Assembly (NCBI RefSeq): GCF_009914755.1
Contig: NC_060943.1
Source: the human T2T-CHM13v2.0 reference genome, Homo sapiens
Reading direction: 5' to 3' (one strand)
DNA: 64,000 bases
The notes beneath the pieces are model-generated. The model searched no databases and was not told the origin of the DNA. It saw only the letters and a program-made list of their open reading frames with translations. Shown here piece after piece: positions 50,591 to 62,520 of this stretch. Both the position numbers and the translations under genes were made by a program. Within the stretch, counting starts at the first letter, position 1. Every line of letters starts with the position of its first letter.

Positions 50591-53249
50591 CTCCAGAGTG
50601 CAGGTGCCCCACAGGCTCCCTCTAGGCTGAGCTCATGGCCCTGCTCCTAGTGGCCAGAGGTGGCTTCCAGGATGAGCCAGCTAAGCTCCAGGGTCTTTCC
50701 GGGAAAAGAGTTCCTTGGAAAGCATGTGAACTTTTCACCGCTTCCGACAACCATGAAAGCTCTGAGCCAGGTTTAGATGCCGTAGGATTCAAGGGGGCAG
50801 CAAGGGGTCCAGAGCTGCAGACAGCTGAGGGTGACCATTGGGGTCTGCTCAGGCAAGATCCTGGAGTAGGTGACCACGTCCAAGGCAAACTGTGACTAAA
50901 AGGAAGTGCTGGGTTGGCCAGAATAGAGGAGGCTGAGTGCTGAGAATCCCCAGGGGATCTCGGAGGGGGCGTGGAAAGGGCCATAATGGGAGGGCAGAGG
51001 TGAGAACAGGGAATGATGATGTCACAGTGCTGAGCAGCGGGGCTGGGGACGGAGTAAGTGGAGGTGGAGGGAGTAGCCTGTTTAAACCTGGAGCTCATCC
51101 CTATGAACATGAACTACTGGCAAAAAAAAATCTTTTTAAAAGAAAAACTTAATAAACTTAGGGGTCAGTAGGCCCTTGATAGGGGAGAAACAAGCCTTTA
51201 AAGTGAGCGAAACCCAGGATTGAGGGTACGAGGTCTGTGCTGAATCTCCTGGATTCAGGATTATATCCCCTGAGGGCCCAGCCGGAAGGCTGGAACAGAC
51301 CTGGGCACCTGGAAAGCTGACATGGGAAACAGGTAGCAGGTGAGACAAAGTGGGTCCTTGATGCCAGGAGGAGAAGTGAGTGCTGGGCCTTGCGGCCTTG
51401 GGTCCATCCTAGGAAGTGCTGGAGGTTCACACAAGAGCCCTGCCTGGCTGGGGTTTCTGGGAGCCAGAGGAGGAAAGTTAGGTTGGGAGGGAGCAGAGTG
51501 GGAAGCACAGCTACTAGCAGCCTAGAGACTTGGAGGGAGCCAGCAGTCTCGGCTTTTAGCCAGGAAGGGACTTAGGAAGTGGATAGTTTCCTGGGTGGGT
51601 CATGGTTTGGAGAAGTCTAGAGACTCGGGATGGTCGCTGACCTCCCTAAGGGATGGGGAGGGTGATCTCTTCACAGAAATTCATCAGCAGCCCTGAGGTC
51701 AGCGATCCCCATCCCATGTCCTGACAGGTGCCTCCTGCAGCCCCTCCACCGCCACTTGCCAGGTTCTGACCCTGCAAGCACATGTGTAAACACACACATA
51801 TGTTCCTGCTTTCCTCCGGCAGCACCTTGCAGGGTTCTGAGCTCTTTATTCCCACTCCTCCATTTTGCTCCCTTTCCTGCCATAATTTCTCTGCCCGTGA
51901 AGCCTGCTCTTCTTCAGCAGATAGGAGGAACATGAGCTAATAGGGATGTGCTGGGCCCAGGCTGCAGGATCAGTCCCCCTGCAGTCCTGCCCTGGGGAGT
52001 GGGGCTGACAGAAGGTCTCATCGGGAGATGGAAGCGCCTCCTCAGCGGTGCTGTCAGTGGACATGTGGAGGGTGACGGTTCACAGGTCCTCTCTGTCCTT
52101 CCTACTCCTGGCCTCCTGGAGGGCAAAGAACGAGCCTAACCCCTCACTAGAATCCCTGGTTCTCCAGAGGGTGTGGCATGTTTGTGGAAGGAATAAATAA
52201 AGGAATGGCCGAGAGTCCTGCAGTAGGATGCCACGGGTGGGGGCACAGGTGGGTTCCAGTAGGAAAACGGCCAGCTGTGTCCTGGTCTCAGGGCCTCCTT
52301 CCTTTGATCAGCTCTCATGCACATGCTTTCCTTTCCCCGGTTCCTCTTGGCAAGTGCTGTTGTGTCCTGGGCAGCCTCCTGAGTGAAGGTGAGGAATCTC
52401 CCTCCCCTGAGCTCATCCACATCTACCAGAAATTTGACTTCAAGGCATTCTCCTTCCAGGCACCCAGCCACGTGGTGACAGCCACCTTCCCCTACACCAC
52501 CATGCTGTCCATCTGGGTGGCTGCCTGCCATATCCATTCTGCCTTGGACACCTACATCAAGGTGATGCACAGGCCTGGAGTTTGTGTGTTGGGGACAGCC
52601 AGGTCCCTTGGGTGGAGCTGAGTAGGATTGCCCAGAGTGGGAGGAAGAGGTGATTTGGGGAGAGCAGCACTCTGGGGCCCTCATGGAACAGGTACCTGTG
52701 GAGCCAGGAAGATGGGCCGAGGTGTTGGCATCTCTTTCAGATGCCCAAGACCTTGTGGGAGCCAGAGCATCTCCCAAGAGCATGGAGAGCTTGTTCATGA
52801 ACCTGGTCTGGTTGGTTTGGCTCTGGCTTTGACCAAAGACATGCTTAGTGCTAATCCCACACTCCTGGCTCAGATGGAAGGACAGTCCACTTTTCTCTCC
52901 CACTGCTAGAAGCCTGCAAAGCAAGGACCTGAGGCTCCCCGTGGCTGGGCAGGCCCCAGGTAATCACGTGTTGCCCTTGGCCCTGCCTCTGCTATGCACC
53001 TGCTCCCTGAGCCCAGGGCTGGGGCAGCAATGGCAGGCCCTTCTCCTTTACTTCCTAACCTGGTCACTGGCCATGGTGGCAGCACACCCTTCCTGGAGGA
53101 AGGAGAGCCAGCCACCAGGTTGTCTGACAGAGGTCTGTGTGTCTACAGAGATTTTTTTAAAACTTGCCCTTTTACGCATCCCTCCTCCTCTAAATGTTTT
53201 GTAAACCTGGAAACCAGGAAAATGACCCATTGGGGCTTGGAAGTGACTG

Positions 53250-54070
53250 TTGATTCATTCATTTAACTTGTTTATTTTCTGTGCGCCGGGTGCTATAATG
53301 GGCACAATGTGAATGAAACTTTGGTGCATGAAACAGGCATTTACAATGAGGTGGTGAAGACAGGTAATCAATGTCAGACAAAAATGGGACATGTGCTAGA
53401 GAAGGAGAGGGTGAGAAAAGTCAGGGAACCGACTTAAACAGAATGATCAGGGACAACCTCTCAGGGGAGATCACCTCAAGGCAGAGTCCTAGAGGAGCCT
53501 TTGGAGAAGAGGTAAGAACATTCTAGGCAGAGCTTTGGTCTAAATGCAGCAGGAAGTCACTGCAGTGTTCCAACCAGGAAAATAACACAGTTGGAGCAGC
53601 GTGTGTGCAAGGTGGGCTGTCCCATTCCCAGGCAGGAAGGGGCTGGACCACAGAACTGGGGTGAGGTAGAGGTGCTTAGGAGGCTGTCATGAATCCCTGT
53701 GTGAGTGGCAGCGGCTTGGGCAGGCCCAGTGGCTGTGGAGACGCAGACAAGGGCGGAGATTTACAGGCACTTTTGGAACAGAACTCACAGACTTCAGGTG
53801 GATTGGCTGTTGTGGGGAGAGGCAGTGAGGGAGTCACAGCGGGCTCCACTTCTCTCTGGCCTGGGCAGGTGGGCAAGCATGTAGTGATGCTTTTCACTGA
53901 TGTGTGGGGGAACTGAGGGAGGCCCTGGTTTTGGGGGGAAGCCAGGTTATTGGGCTATCTCAGGGGAGCTGCCTGAGAGACATCCAAGTTAGGGGTGTGG
54001 AGTGGGCAATGGGATGTGTGGTCTGGAGTTCAGAAAGGGCTGGGCTGGTGGATATGTTTGGGGACATCAG
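53250..54070 (-). mobile_element. L2 fragments in the TEX264-derived intron
   Basis: ttcattcatttaacttgtttatt...gtgcgccgggtgct and gtctggagttcagaaagggctgggctgg. Confidence 0.65.
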
Positions 54071-54311
54071 CCTGCTGGCAGTATTTGACCAGCTGCCCTG
54101 TGCCTCCTGCCTCGGTGGGGCCAGGTAGGCCATGGACAGCCTGGGGCAGCAAGGGCTGGGCAGAGGGCATGGTCAGTGTGGCTGGGGTCAGGGAACAGGA
54201 CAGGAGAGTCTGTGGGAGTGGGAGCTTGGAACACTTGGAGGATCCTTGCAACTTTGTTCACCAGAGCAGGCTGGGAAAAGGGACAGGGTGATGGGAATGG
54301 AAATGGAAGCT

Positions 54312-54356
54312 CTCCCAAAGTGCTGGGATTACAGGCGTGAATCACCGTGCCTGGCC
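54312..54356 (-). mobile_element. Alu 5'-end fragment (~45 bp)
   Basis: ctcccaaagtgctgggattacaggcgtgaatcaccgtgcctggcc with no tail or TSD. Confidence 0.85.
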
Positions 54357-57300
54357 TTCCCTCTGCCTTTTTCCCACTGCCCCATCAGGGCAGAAGGCAG
54401 CTGCAGTGAGGCAGTGAGCGCCCTGGGACTGGGTGGCTGCATTCTTCATGACTGTGCTGTGTGTGCTGAGCTGCCTTTTCCTGGAGGAGAAGGCGGAGTG
54501 GACCTGGCTAACCTGGGCTCCCTTTTCCTGGCCATAGGAACTGACATGATGAGTGACACGAGTTCTGGAAGCTTGGAGGTGAGCCCTGGTAGCCGGGAGA
54601 CTTCATTTGCTACCGTGTCACCTGGGGAGAGCGGCCGCGGCTGGGAGGATGGTGACACCTGCAGTGAGTGCAGCTGCAGAGAGTCAGGTGCCAGCGGCTC
54701 CTCTTTTGAGGAGCTGGACCTGGAGGGTGAGGGGCCCTTGGAGGAACCACGGCTGGACCCTGAGACTGAGCCCCTGGGGGCTACCAAGTGGCCCTGAGAG
54801 CCCAGTACCCTGAGAAGGGCAAGGAGTAACCCATGACCAGCCCCCTCCTGCGGGGCAGGGCTGCGGAACCGAGCAGACTCTCCAGCCATCTTCCTCCTTC
54901 TTCTGGGGGCGAGGGGTTCCCAGGGGACGTAACTCCCCCTGCTCTAGGCCTCTTGTGAAGCCTTCTCCTCACTGTCCTTTAGGCTCCCAGGGCCAAAGCA
55001 GCCAAAGACTGTATCCTGCACCAGCCCTGTGGGCCGACACTCCTGTTGTATCTCTTTTTCAGACTGTCACTGGAGCTTCCAGGACCCAGAATAAAGCCAA
55101 TGACTTACTTGTTTCACCTGGATTTGGGCTGCGTATTTGTTTGACAGTTTCACCTTTGTGGGGACCCCTGTATAGACCGGCCAGGAGTAGGAAGGAGCCT
55201 CCCCTCCCCAGGACGAGGAAAGGAGGGACCATGCCAAATACTGGGGTCGGGGAGGAGGGGTGGTGGAGATCCTCCAAGTCCTGCTCTGTGACCCCCAGCG
55301 GCCAGCCGCCCTCCACTGCAGCACTTTTTCACAGAGGTGGTTATATCTCTAGGATATGTTCCTTAAAGTGGGATTGCCAGGTCTAAGGGTGTATGTGTGG
55401 CCATGAACAGGGTTAAGAACTCTCGCCAAGCTCCCCTCAGTGGAAGTGGTTCTCATGTATCCTCCCAGCACTGAGACATGAGAGCTGCAATGCTCTCGTT
55501 CCTAGCTTTGTATTATAGAAATTTTAAATTTTCATACATAGAGAGAAGTTGAAAAAAAGCACCATGAGCACCCATGTACCCTGCACCTAGATTTAATGAT
55601 TATCAGTTTTCATAAGCCTTCTTCTTTTCTCCCTCCCTTTCTATTATTTGAGTCATTTGTAAGTCGAAGACATCATGTCATTTTATCTCTAAGTACTTCA
55701 ACATGCCTCCTTTAAAATTAAGAATATTCTGTTCTAGCCGCAATATCATTATTACACTTAGAAAAAGCTAACAATTCCATAGAATTACCTAGTATTCAGG
55801 CTGAAATTCAGACTTCCTGTTTGTCTCAGCTGTCTTTCATAGCTTTGGATTTTGTTTTGTTTTTAAATCAGAAGGAACTGCTTTTTAGCTTTATTTTCCT
55901 CTCTCTCCCACCCAAATCACTGTCTCTTACTGCAAGAAAAAGTCTGACCAGTTTTAAGAATGATGTCTTAGCGTTTTATATTCCTTATCTCATAGGATTC
56001 ACTTTGGTATCATTTTACACATTGGGGGACTGCCTTGTCATGGATAGACATTTCAAATAATTTTTTTCTTTGTGACTGGAAAAGGTTGACTGGGAGATGT
56101 TGTTAGACATCAAACTAACAGAATTTCAGGGACCACAGGTCAGGAATTTTTTAATGGAATTTTCTCCTCTACCCTCCGCTCCCTGGGCATTCTGGTTCTC
56201 TGTTACCTATATTTTGTCTCCAGGTTCCCAGGTATCTTCTCGTCAGTCCACAAGCAACGTCAGACAAGTGTTTCTTCACCCAAAGACCCCCACCCTGCAG
56301 GGCTGCCCAGGCCCATCTCTCCTGACAGCCTGGAGATCATCAGTGAGCTTCAGCAGTGGGCAGATGTGGCTGCTGCCTGGGAATCCCATCAGAGTTCCCC
56401 AAGTACCAATGCTGCCCTGCCTGGCCCCCGGCCCACCTTGTGGACTGCACTGCTGTTCCCGGGACAGCTCTCAGAGCTGAGCCTGGACTCGGTGGTCATT
56501 GCCTCCATAGTTCCCTCTGGGTGACTGGCAGTTCTGTGGTCATAGGCACCCAGTGCTGGACTGAAGGGGCCACAAGTGGAAGTTGACCATACCATCTTCT
56601 CCCAGGAGTCAGCCTGCTGGTGGTCCAGCAAGGGCCATCTGCCAGCCCCTGTGCAGCTGCATGAATACAGGTGTCCAGTCTCTGGAGGGTTTGCCAAGCC
56701 ACCTGTCTCCTTACATCATAACCTCACCACCCCTTCACCTCCTAAGCTGGGGACAACACTCTGTTTATGGGCAGTGCCCCCTCTTACTGCCAGCTACCCA
56801 ATTTGCTGGCAGGTGCCCACCTGGTGTTTCCAGTGACTACTGACCCTCTGATGCCAGCCAGCAGGCCCTGTCCATTCCTCTTCTAAGCTACTTCCATCAC
56901 TGCCAGCAGCCCCTCCTTCATGCTCAGCCCTTCTGTGCCAGGGAAACCACCCAGCTCTCCACTTCCATTCTCACAGCGACTCCTGACTGAGCTGAGGATG
57001 TTTGCACCTTTTCCTTCCCCTGTCGTGCCAAGCAACCTTTCATGGGGCATGTCTATCTACCCAGGCTACATGTCCCCATGGGCAGGCTACCCAGCTGGTG
57101 GCCTCCTTCCATTCCAGGTGCCTCTATTTCACTCTCATGAGGTTGCTGAAGTGGGGTTCAGCTCCAGTGATGATGAGAATAGGGACGATGATGTGATAGA
57201 GGTCACTGGGAAATAGCTGGGGAGCTCCTCTGCTCTTCAATTGGGGTCCCCAGGAGGTTGCCCACCAAGCTGGAAGGCAATGATTTGGACTTCTCCAGAA

Positions 57301-59801
57301 TAGGAAACTTGGCAGAAGAGAACACAAAGGGGACAAAGGAGGGTGGTTGGCCATGGTGGCAGAGCTGTGTTGCTGTTTAACAAAAGAGGCAAAAAAAAAA
57401 AAAAAAAAAGCCCAACAGGGCAGCCAACAGCGGGAAATTGAAGACCCAAAGCAGGGCTGGAGAACTGCGCAGCCTCTCCCACTCCCTGCCTTGCTCATGC
57501 TGTCTGCTTGCTTGCTCGCCCATCAAAGTGCAAAAGCTCACATCCCATTTCTGTCTCTAGGATCATTCTTTCCAAAGAGACCTGCCTTACTGAGTGATTT
57601 AACTTGGCCTGGGGAGGGGAGGGAAGGGAGGAAGAGGGAAGAGCGAGTGAGAGAAGGAGGGTGGGCAGGGGAGCAAACTGTGATCCCAGGTGAAGTTGGG
57701 TCTTTTTATGGGGTGGAAGGAAGCTGACCAGGCTTGTGTGTTTGTGAGTCTGTGTGTGTTGATGTATGTATGTAACAGAGCAGGAGTAAAGGTGGGAGGG
57801 GAGGGAGGGAGAAACAAAGGGGGAAACTGAAATAAATTTATCTTTCTTCTAATGGAAATCAGAGTTTGGTCGTTCATGGCACCTATTAGTGTGAACATCA
57901 GGGTGAGCCCAGGTGAAGAACCATGGAAATTACAAGTTTCCTTCTGGTTGGGGGAAGAGAAGGCCCAGCTAACTCAAGTCCCTGGTTTTAAGAGCCACAT
58001 TTGTTTGAGAATTTGGGGGAAATCATGAGAGAAAATGGGCATTACCAATCTGCGTCTCTTAACCCCCATGGCTCTCTGTGAGCAGCGTGGAAGGTTGTCT
58101 GTGTGCAGAGGCTGGGAGGGGGAGGCCCTGGAGCTGTGGCTGGAAAAGACATTTTTCACCGGTGGGACCTGAGCCCCCAGCTGCCTATCCTGGTGTCTTT
58201 CCTGTTCCTTTCCTTCCCCTTTAGAGAGCTCCATGTTAATTTATTTCTTATGGGCAATTACTTCTTACTTGGGCTTTTCATGTGTCTTGTTTGTTTGTGG
58301 GTGGGGTGCGGGGAGGTTAGGGGAAAAGAGAGTAGGAGATAGAGATGTTTTCAGATATCCCAGACTCCATAGCTACTGGTGAAAAACAATCCTGGGTGGA
58401 TGGATATTGATGAGGGAAAGAGTCTGTTTGACCAAGGTTTGGATTAAACAACTATATTTTTGAGAGATTGCTTTTCAGAAAGATCAAGGAATCCTGAGAC
58501 TGGATAGTTAGTGGGAGGTGAGACTCATTCCACAGAAATTGAAAGTTGGGATCAGAGTTTACAACTGGGAAGTCGGGAAGCCCAGATTTGGAGCTGTGTC
58601 CTCCTGGGATGATCTTAGAGGCTGGCTGTCTATGCTGAAGAGTGAAGCTGTGGGTAGGTGGTTGCTGGGTTGAGGGACTTTTGATTTCTTGTTAGGAAAT
58701 GTCTTCGGATGACCCACATGGGCCTGGTGTCTGCTGCCTCCATCTTCAAAGGACCATGGAGAAGCCCTTTCTCTGTAGGAGTCATAAGTTTGGGTTTTTT
58801 CTTAAAAGAACACATTAGTCATTCTGGGTCTCCCCTTATTGCCAATGCCAGGGAAGAGGCATCTAGTCCTTAAGTACAAACACTGGCTGTCTTCCTATTC
58901 CTATTAGCGTCCCTACCCCCTCTGCATCCCCCACTCCCCATACCCCAAGGCTTTACCAGATGGTTCTTTATGATGAAGAAAGTCTGACTTTAGAGCTTTA
59001 CCACCTCACCTTGGCTCCCTCCTTACTGGGCAGATGCTGGACTTGCCTCTTCGTAGCCCAGAAGGCAGCTTAGTCAGGTCATCCCTATACTAGCTCCTGC
59101 AGCCCTCTGACCAGCCTGGTTCCATCATTGGAGGGCCATAGCAGACTCTGGGGTAAGAATCCAGAAAACCTTCTCAGCAGGGAACTGAAACCAGTCACTG
59201 GAGGCATAGATTTGTGAAATTGCCAGAGAGCAAATGGGTATTCTGAGAGGCAGCACATGGCTACTGGCTACCCATGTTCCAGAGACTGGGTCTTGCTTCT
59301 CCTCAGCAGAGGCCATCATTCTGGGAGGCTCACCTGACTAGAGAAAGCTTTCTCTTATATGTGCAGTTTCTATTGTGTAGAGGGGTGGAGGTGGGATCAT
59401 GGGAAATTGGAGTGCTACCAGGTCCCTGGTTTTTGCTTTTATTAAAAAAACACTCACACACAAAAAAAACAAAACAAAAAATGTGGGGCCACGTGCGGGA
59501 ATGCAGAGGATCTGACTGAGGAATTTCCCCTCGCTATTGCCTTCCATGGAATTTTTTCAAGGGCCTCTCAAGCCCCATCCATCTGGTTTAGCCAAGTTCT
59601 CAGCCTGGGGAATGCAGTACTACTTAATGATTCAGGTTTGCCATTTGTAGTGATGCTTGATTTCCTTTTCTTAATATATTTGTAGATAAAAACTGAACAG
59701 GGACAAAGTAGCTATTTAAGAAAGGCAATGAACCATGGTGGGTCTTATCATTTTCTTTAGATTGGATATCTGTGAAGTCCTCACCCCTCTGAGTTATGCT
59801 T

Positions 59802-60126
59802 TTTTTCTTTTCTTTTCTTTCTTTCTTTCTTTCTTTTTTTTTTTTTTTTAGAGGGAGTCTCGCTCTGTCACCAGGCTGGAGTATAGTGACAAAATCTAGG
59901 CTCACTGCAACCTCTGATTCAGGGGTTCAAGCAATTCTCCCACCTCAGCCTCCTGAGTAACTGGTACTACAGGTGTGCCCCAGCACGCCCAGCTAATTTT
60001 TGTATTTTTAGTAGAGACAGGGTTTCACCATGTCGGCCAGGATGGTCTTGATCTCTTGACCTCATGATCTGCACATCTCGGCCTCCCAAAGTCTGGGATT
60101 ACAAGCGTAAGCCACCGCACCCGGCC
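59802..60126 (-). mobile_element. AluSc-like element inside the RAD54L2 3'UTR copy
   Basis: Antisense Alu with TSD ctgagttatgctt (59789-59801 / 60127-60139). Confidence 0.93.
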
Positions 60127-61120
60127 CTGAGTTATGCTTCTTAAGCGTCTATCTCATCATCTCTTGATTTAGGGATAATTCTGTCTGGTGCTTGGAGACC
60201 TCTTCCCTAGGAATTAGTGGGTGGAGTCTCTATATACTTGTGATTCACAGCTAAATATGAAATTTCCCAATCCAGGAGGAGACAGCAAAGAGCTGGGGTA
60301 AAGATGTGCAGACTGGTTGAAACACTTAGCCAAACTTAAGCGGCCTGGATGGGACCATCACTCCCAAAGCTGTCAGCAGAGAAACGCCCTCTGTGTCAAT
60401 CAATTCAAGCCTGGTATTGCTCTGAAATTGAGTCCTCATCCCATGGGGGAAGGTCTCTGGGGGCTTTTCATTCCTTTATACTAGTGTTCTGGATATAACT
60501 TCCTGCTTCCCACTTTCTTTTTTGATTTCTCAGAAGACCAGTGTCTCCCTCTGAACCGTGGCCTTCTGTGCACCGAGCTCAGTGGCTCTTCCCCACCAAA
60601 ACTCCTAAGAGAAGTCATCCCTCCCCAAAAGGATCCCCACAAGATGTTCTGGCCCTCTGCTGACTGCTCCCTCGAATCAGCACCTCAAGGACTGTTTGAG
60701 AATGCTGTGCTCTCCATTGGTCACCTTCGGACTCCGTTTCCCTGCTGCCATGTGTATTCTTCTCTTCTGCCCTGTGTATTCCATGGTGACCCCCTTAATG
60801 TCTGTTCTGTGCCACTAGCTTGGCCCTGGGCCTTTTATTTATACCCGAGTCTTACAACGAAGAGTGTCCTGAGCAGACAGTGTCCACCTTCTTTGCTCTT
60901 CCGGGTCCTGAGTGTGCTCCTTTCCCTTTTGCAGGTCTATTGGACATAGTAATCCGGTGTGCTGGGGAGGGGTAGCCAGGCCGGCTACAGAGTCTGCAAT
61001 GCAGGGGCTTGGGGAGGTTTGGGTTCTCTCTGCCACCACTATTGAGATGATATTCAGAAGAGAGAGGACCTCATACTGTGACCAGACCCAAGACCCTTCC
61101 TGGAAGACAGCTCAGTCCAG

Positions 61121-61121
<1 letters not shown>

Positions 61122-61192
<71 letters not shown>
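61122..61192. repeat. (TG)n(GA)n compound microsatellite
   Basis: Directly visible. Confidence 0.98.
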
Positions 61193-61193
<1 letters not shown>

Positions 61194-62118
61194 TTATGTG
61201 TGTGCTGTGCTCATGTGCACCTGGGTGTAAAATGACTGTTAGCTGGTTGTGTTACTCAGGGTGGGCTGGGGACTCACTGGAAGAATCCCCTCAGTCTGCC
61301 CAAGACAGGTTTTTTCCTTGTGCCCTCTTCAGAGAGGTCAGGGAAAGAGGGTCCAGGTGGGCAAAGGCGGAGATGCCACAAATGATTAATCACTAAGGCC
61401 AGATGGCTGCCAGGAGGAGTGGGGGATGATGAGGTAGCCCAAGGGTCCAGGCAACTGGCTTTGGTTTTCCATCTTCTTTCCTCAGGATGCCCCTGAGGCC
61501 TGGGACCTGTGCCTGGCTTTGAGGAGCATCTGTGGCTTGGCGATCCAGCTGCTGGGGTGATCATGGGCTTCCCTCCTCTCAGCAGGGCCGGAGTTCCTGG
61601 TCCAGAGACTGAACAACTGGCTCTTTCTGTGACATATTTATTTTTACTTGTGTTTCATGTCACTTTTTTGAAAAAAAGCAAGCAGAACAATTGTTAAGTC
61701 AGTATAGCTGCCTATCGGTTTTCCTTATTTCTCTTTTTGTAAAATAAAATTAAAACTCCAGAAGGCAGTGTTGTTTGATTGAGGAATGGTCTGGACACTG
61801 GGTTGGCTGGGTGCTAGTGAAAGGAATAGATCTTAGAACACAGTGGGCTCTGCGATAGCCCTTGGGTGGTGAGACAGGCAGGAACAGAAGGAAGACTGCT
61901 GGCAGTTTCTTTGTTACAGTGGGGTTCACTGGGCTTTTTCTGCTTTTGTTTACCTGAAGAGGGATGTATTTCCAGGCTCCAGGGGAAACAGCAAGCTGAC
62001 TTCAGAGTGGCTTGAGGCTAGCTGGTCCTCAGCCATGACAAGTCCTGCACGGACAGCCCTGACCAGACTGTGAATGGCGGGGTATTGGGTGCAGTGCCTT
62101 CAGAGGGTGGGAGATGGT

Positions 62119-62520
62119 TGTAAGGGATAATTGGAAGGACAGCCAAGAAAGGAATGAGGCCAATAGACCCAAGTTCAGGCAAGCTGATTTATTGTCAGTC
62201 CTGCCTGGCTACCTCTTGACAAAAGCAGAGAAGGCAGCCCCACTTATAGGCTAGAGCAAGGTTTTATAGGACATAGAACTGGATCAGGGTGAAGGAAAAA
62301 GAAAAGGGGGGGGGTCCTTTGTGCCATGTGTCTGACCGCTTCCTGGAGATGTTTTTCTTGCCAGTTCTCTTGTGCAAAGTAGACGTCTTAACCGCATCCT
62401 GGGACAGCTGGCCTCTGGTCAAACAGTTACAGGCAGGTTTGGGGTAGCGGGTTTTACTTTTTGGCCTTTGGGGCTTAGTCTATGGGAGGGGGAAACAGTC
62501 CAGTTGGGTGGACCTTAGCA
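62119..62520 (-). mobile_element. Solo ERV LTR (LTR18-like, family tentative)
   Basis: TG...CA termini, perfect 5-bp TSD ATGGT (62114-62118 / 62521-62525), minus-strand TATA and AATAAA. Confidence 0.8.

Larger units (their letters stand above)
52340..55117 (+). pseudogene. Partial unprocessed TEX264 pseudogene (internal exon 52340-52561 and last exon from 54538)
   Basis: SEGEESPSPELIHIYQKFDFKAFSFQAPSHVVTATFPYTT...LDTYIK (222-nt exon, acceptor reads CG) and MSDTSSGSLEVSPGSRETS...SSFEELDLEGEGPL match recalled TEX264. Premature TGA at 54795, original TAA at 54827, AATAAA at 55090; the intervening exon is missing. Confidence 0.92.
56224..61765 (+). pseudogene. RAD54L2P1: RAD54L2 (ARIP4) terminal exon and long 3'UTR copy
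   Basis: Acceptor ttgtctccag|g at 56223; frameshifted EIISELQQ, HLPAPVQ...PVSGGF and HEVAEVGFSSSDDENRDDDVIEVTGK* (stop 57216) match the recalled RAD54L2 C-terminus; AATAAA at 61743. The 3' extent and the symbol are less certain. Confidence 0.85.

Noticed and set aside
50200-55400. Many 60-260 aa ORFs on both strands in the GC-rich region
   Set aside because: Expected from high GC content or antisense to pseudogene exons; only the TEX264-matching parts are supported.
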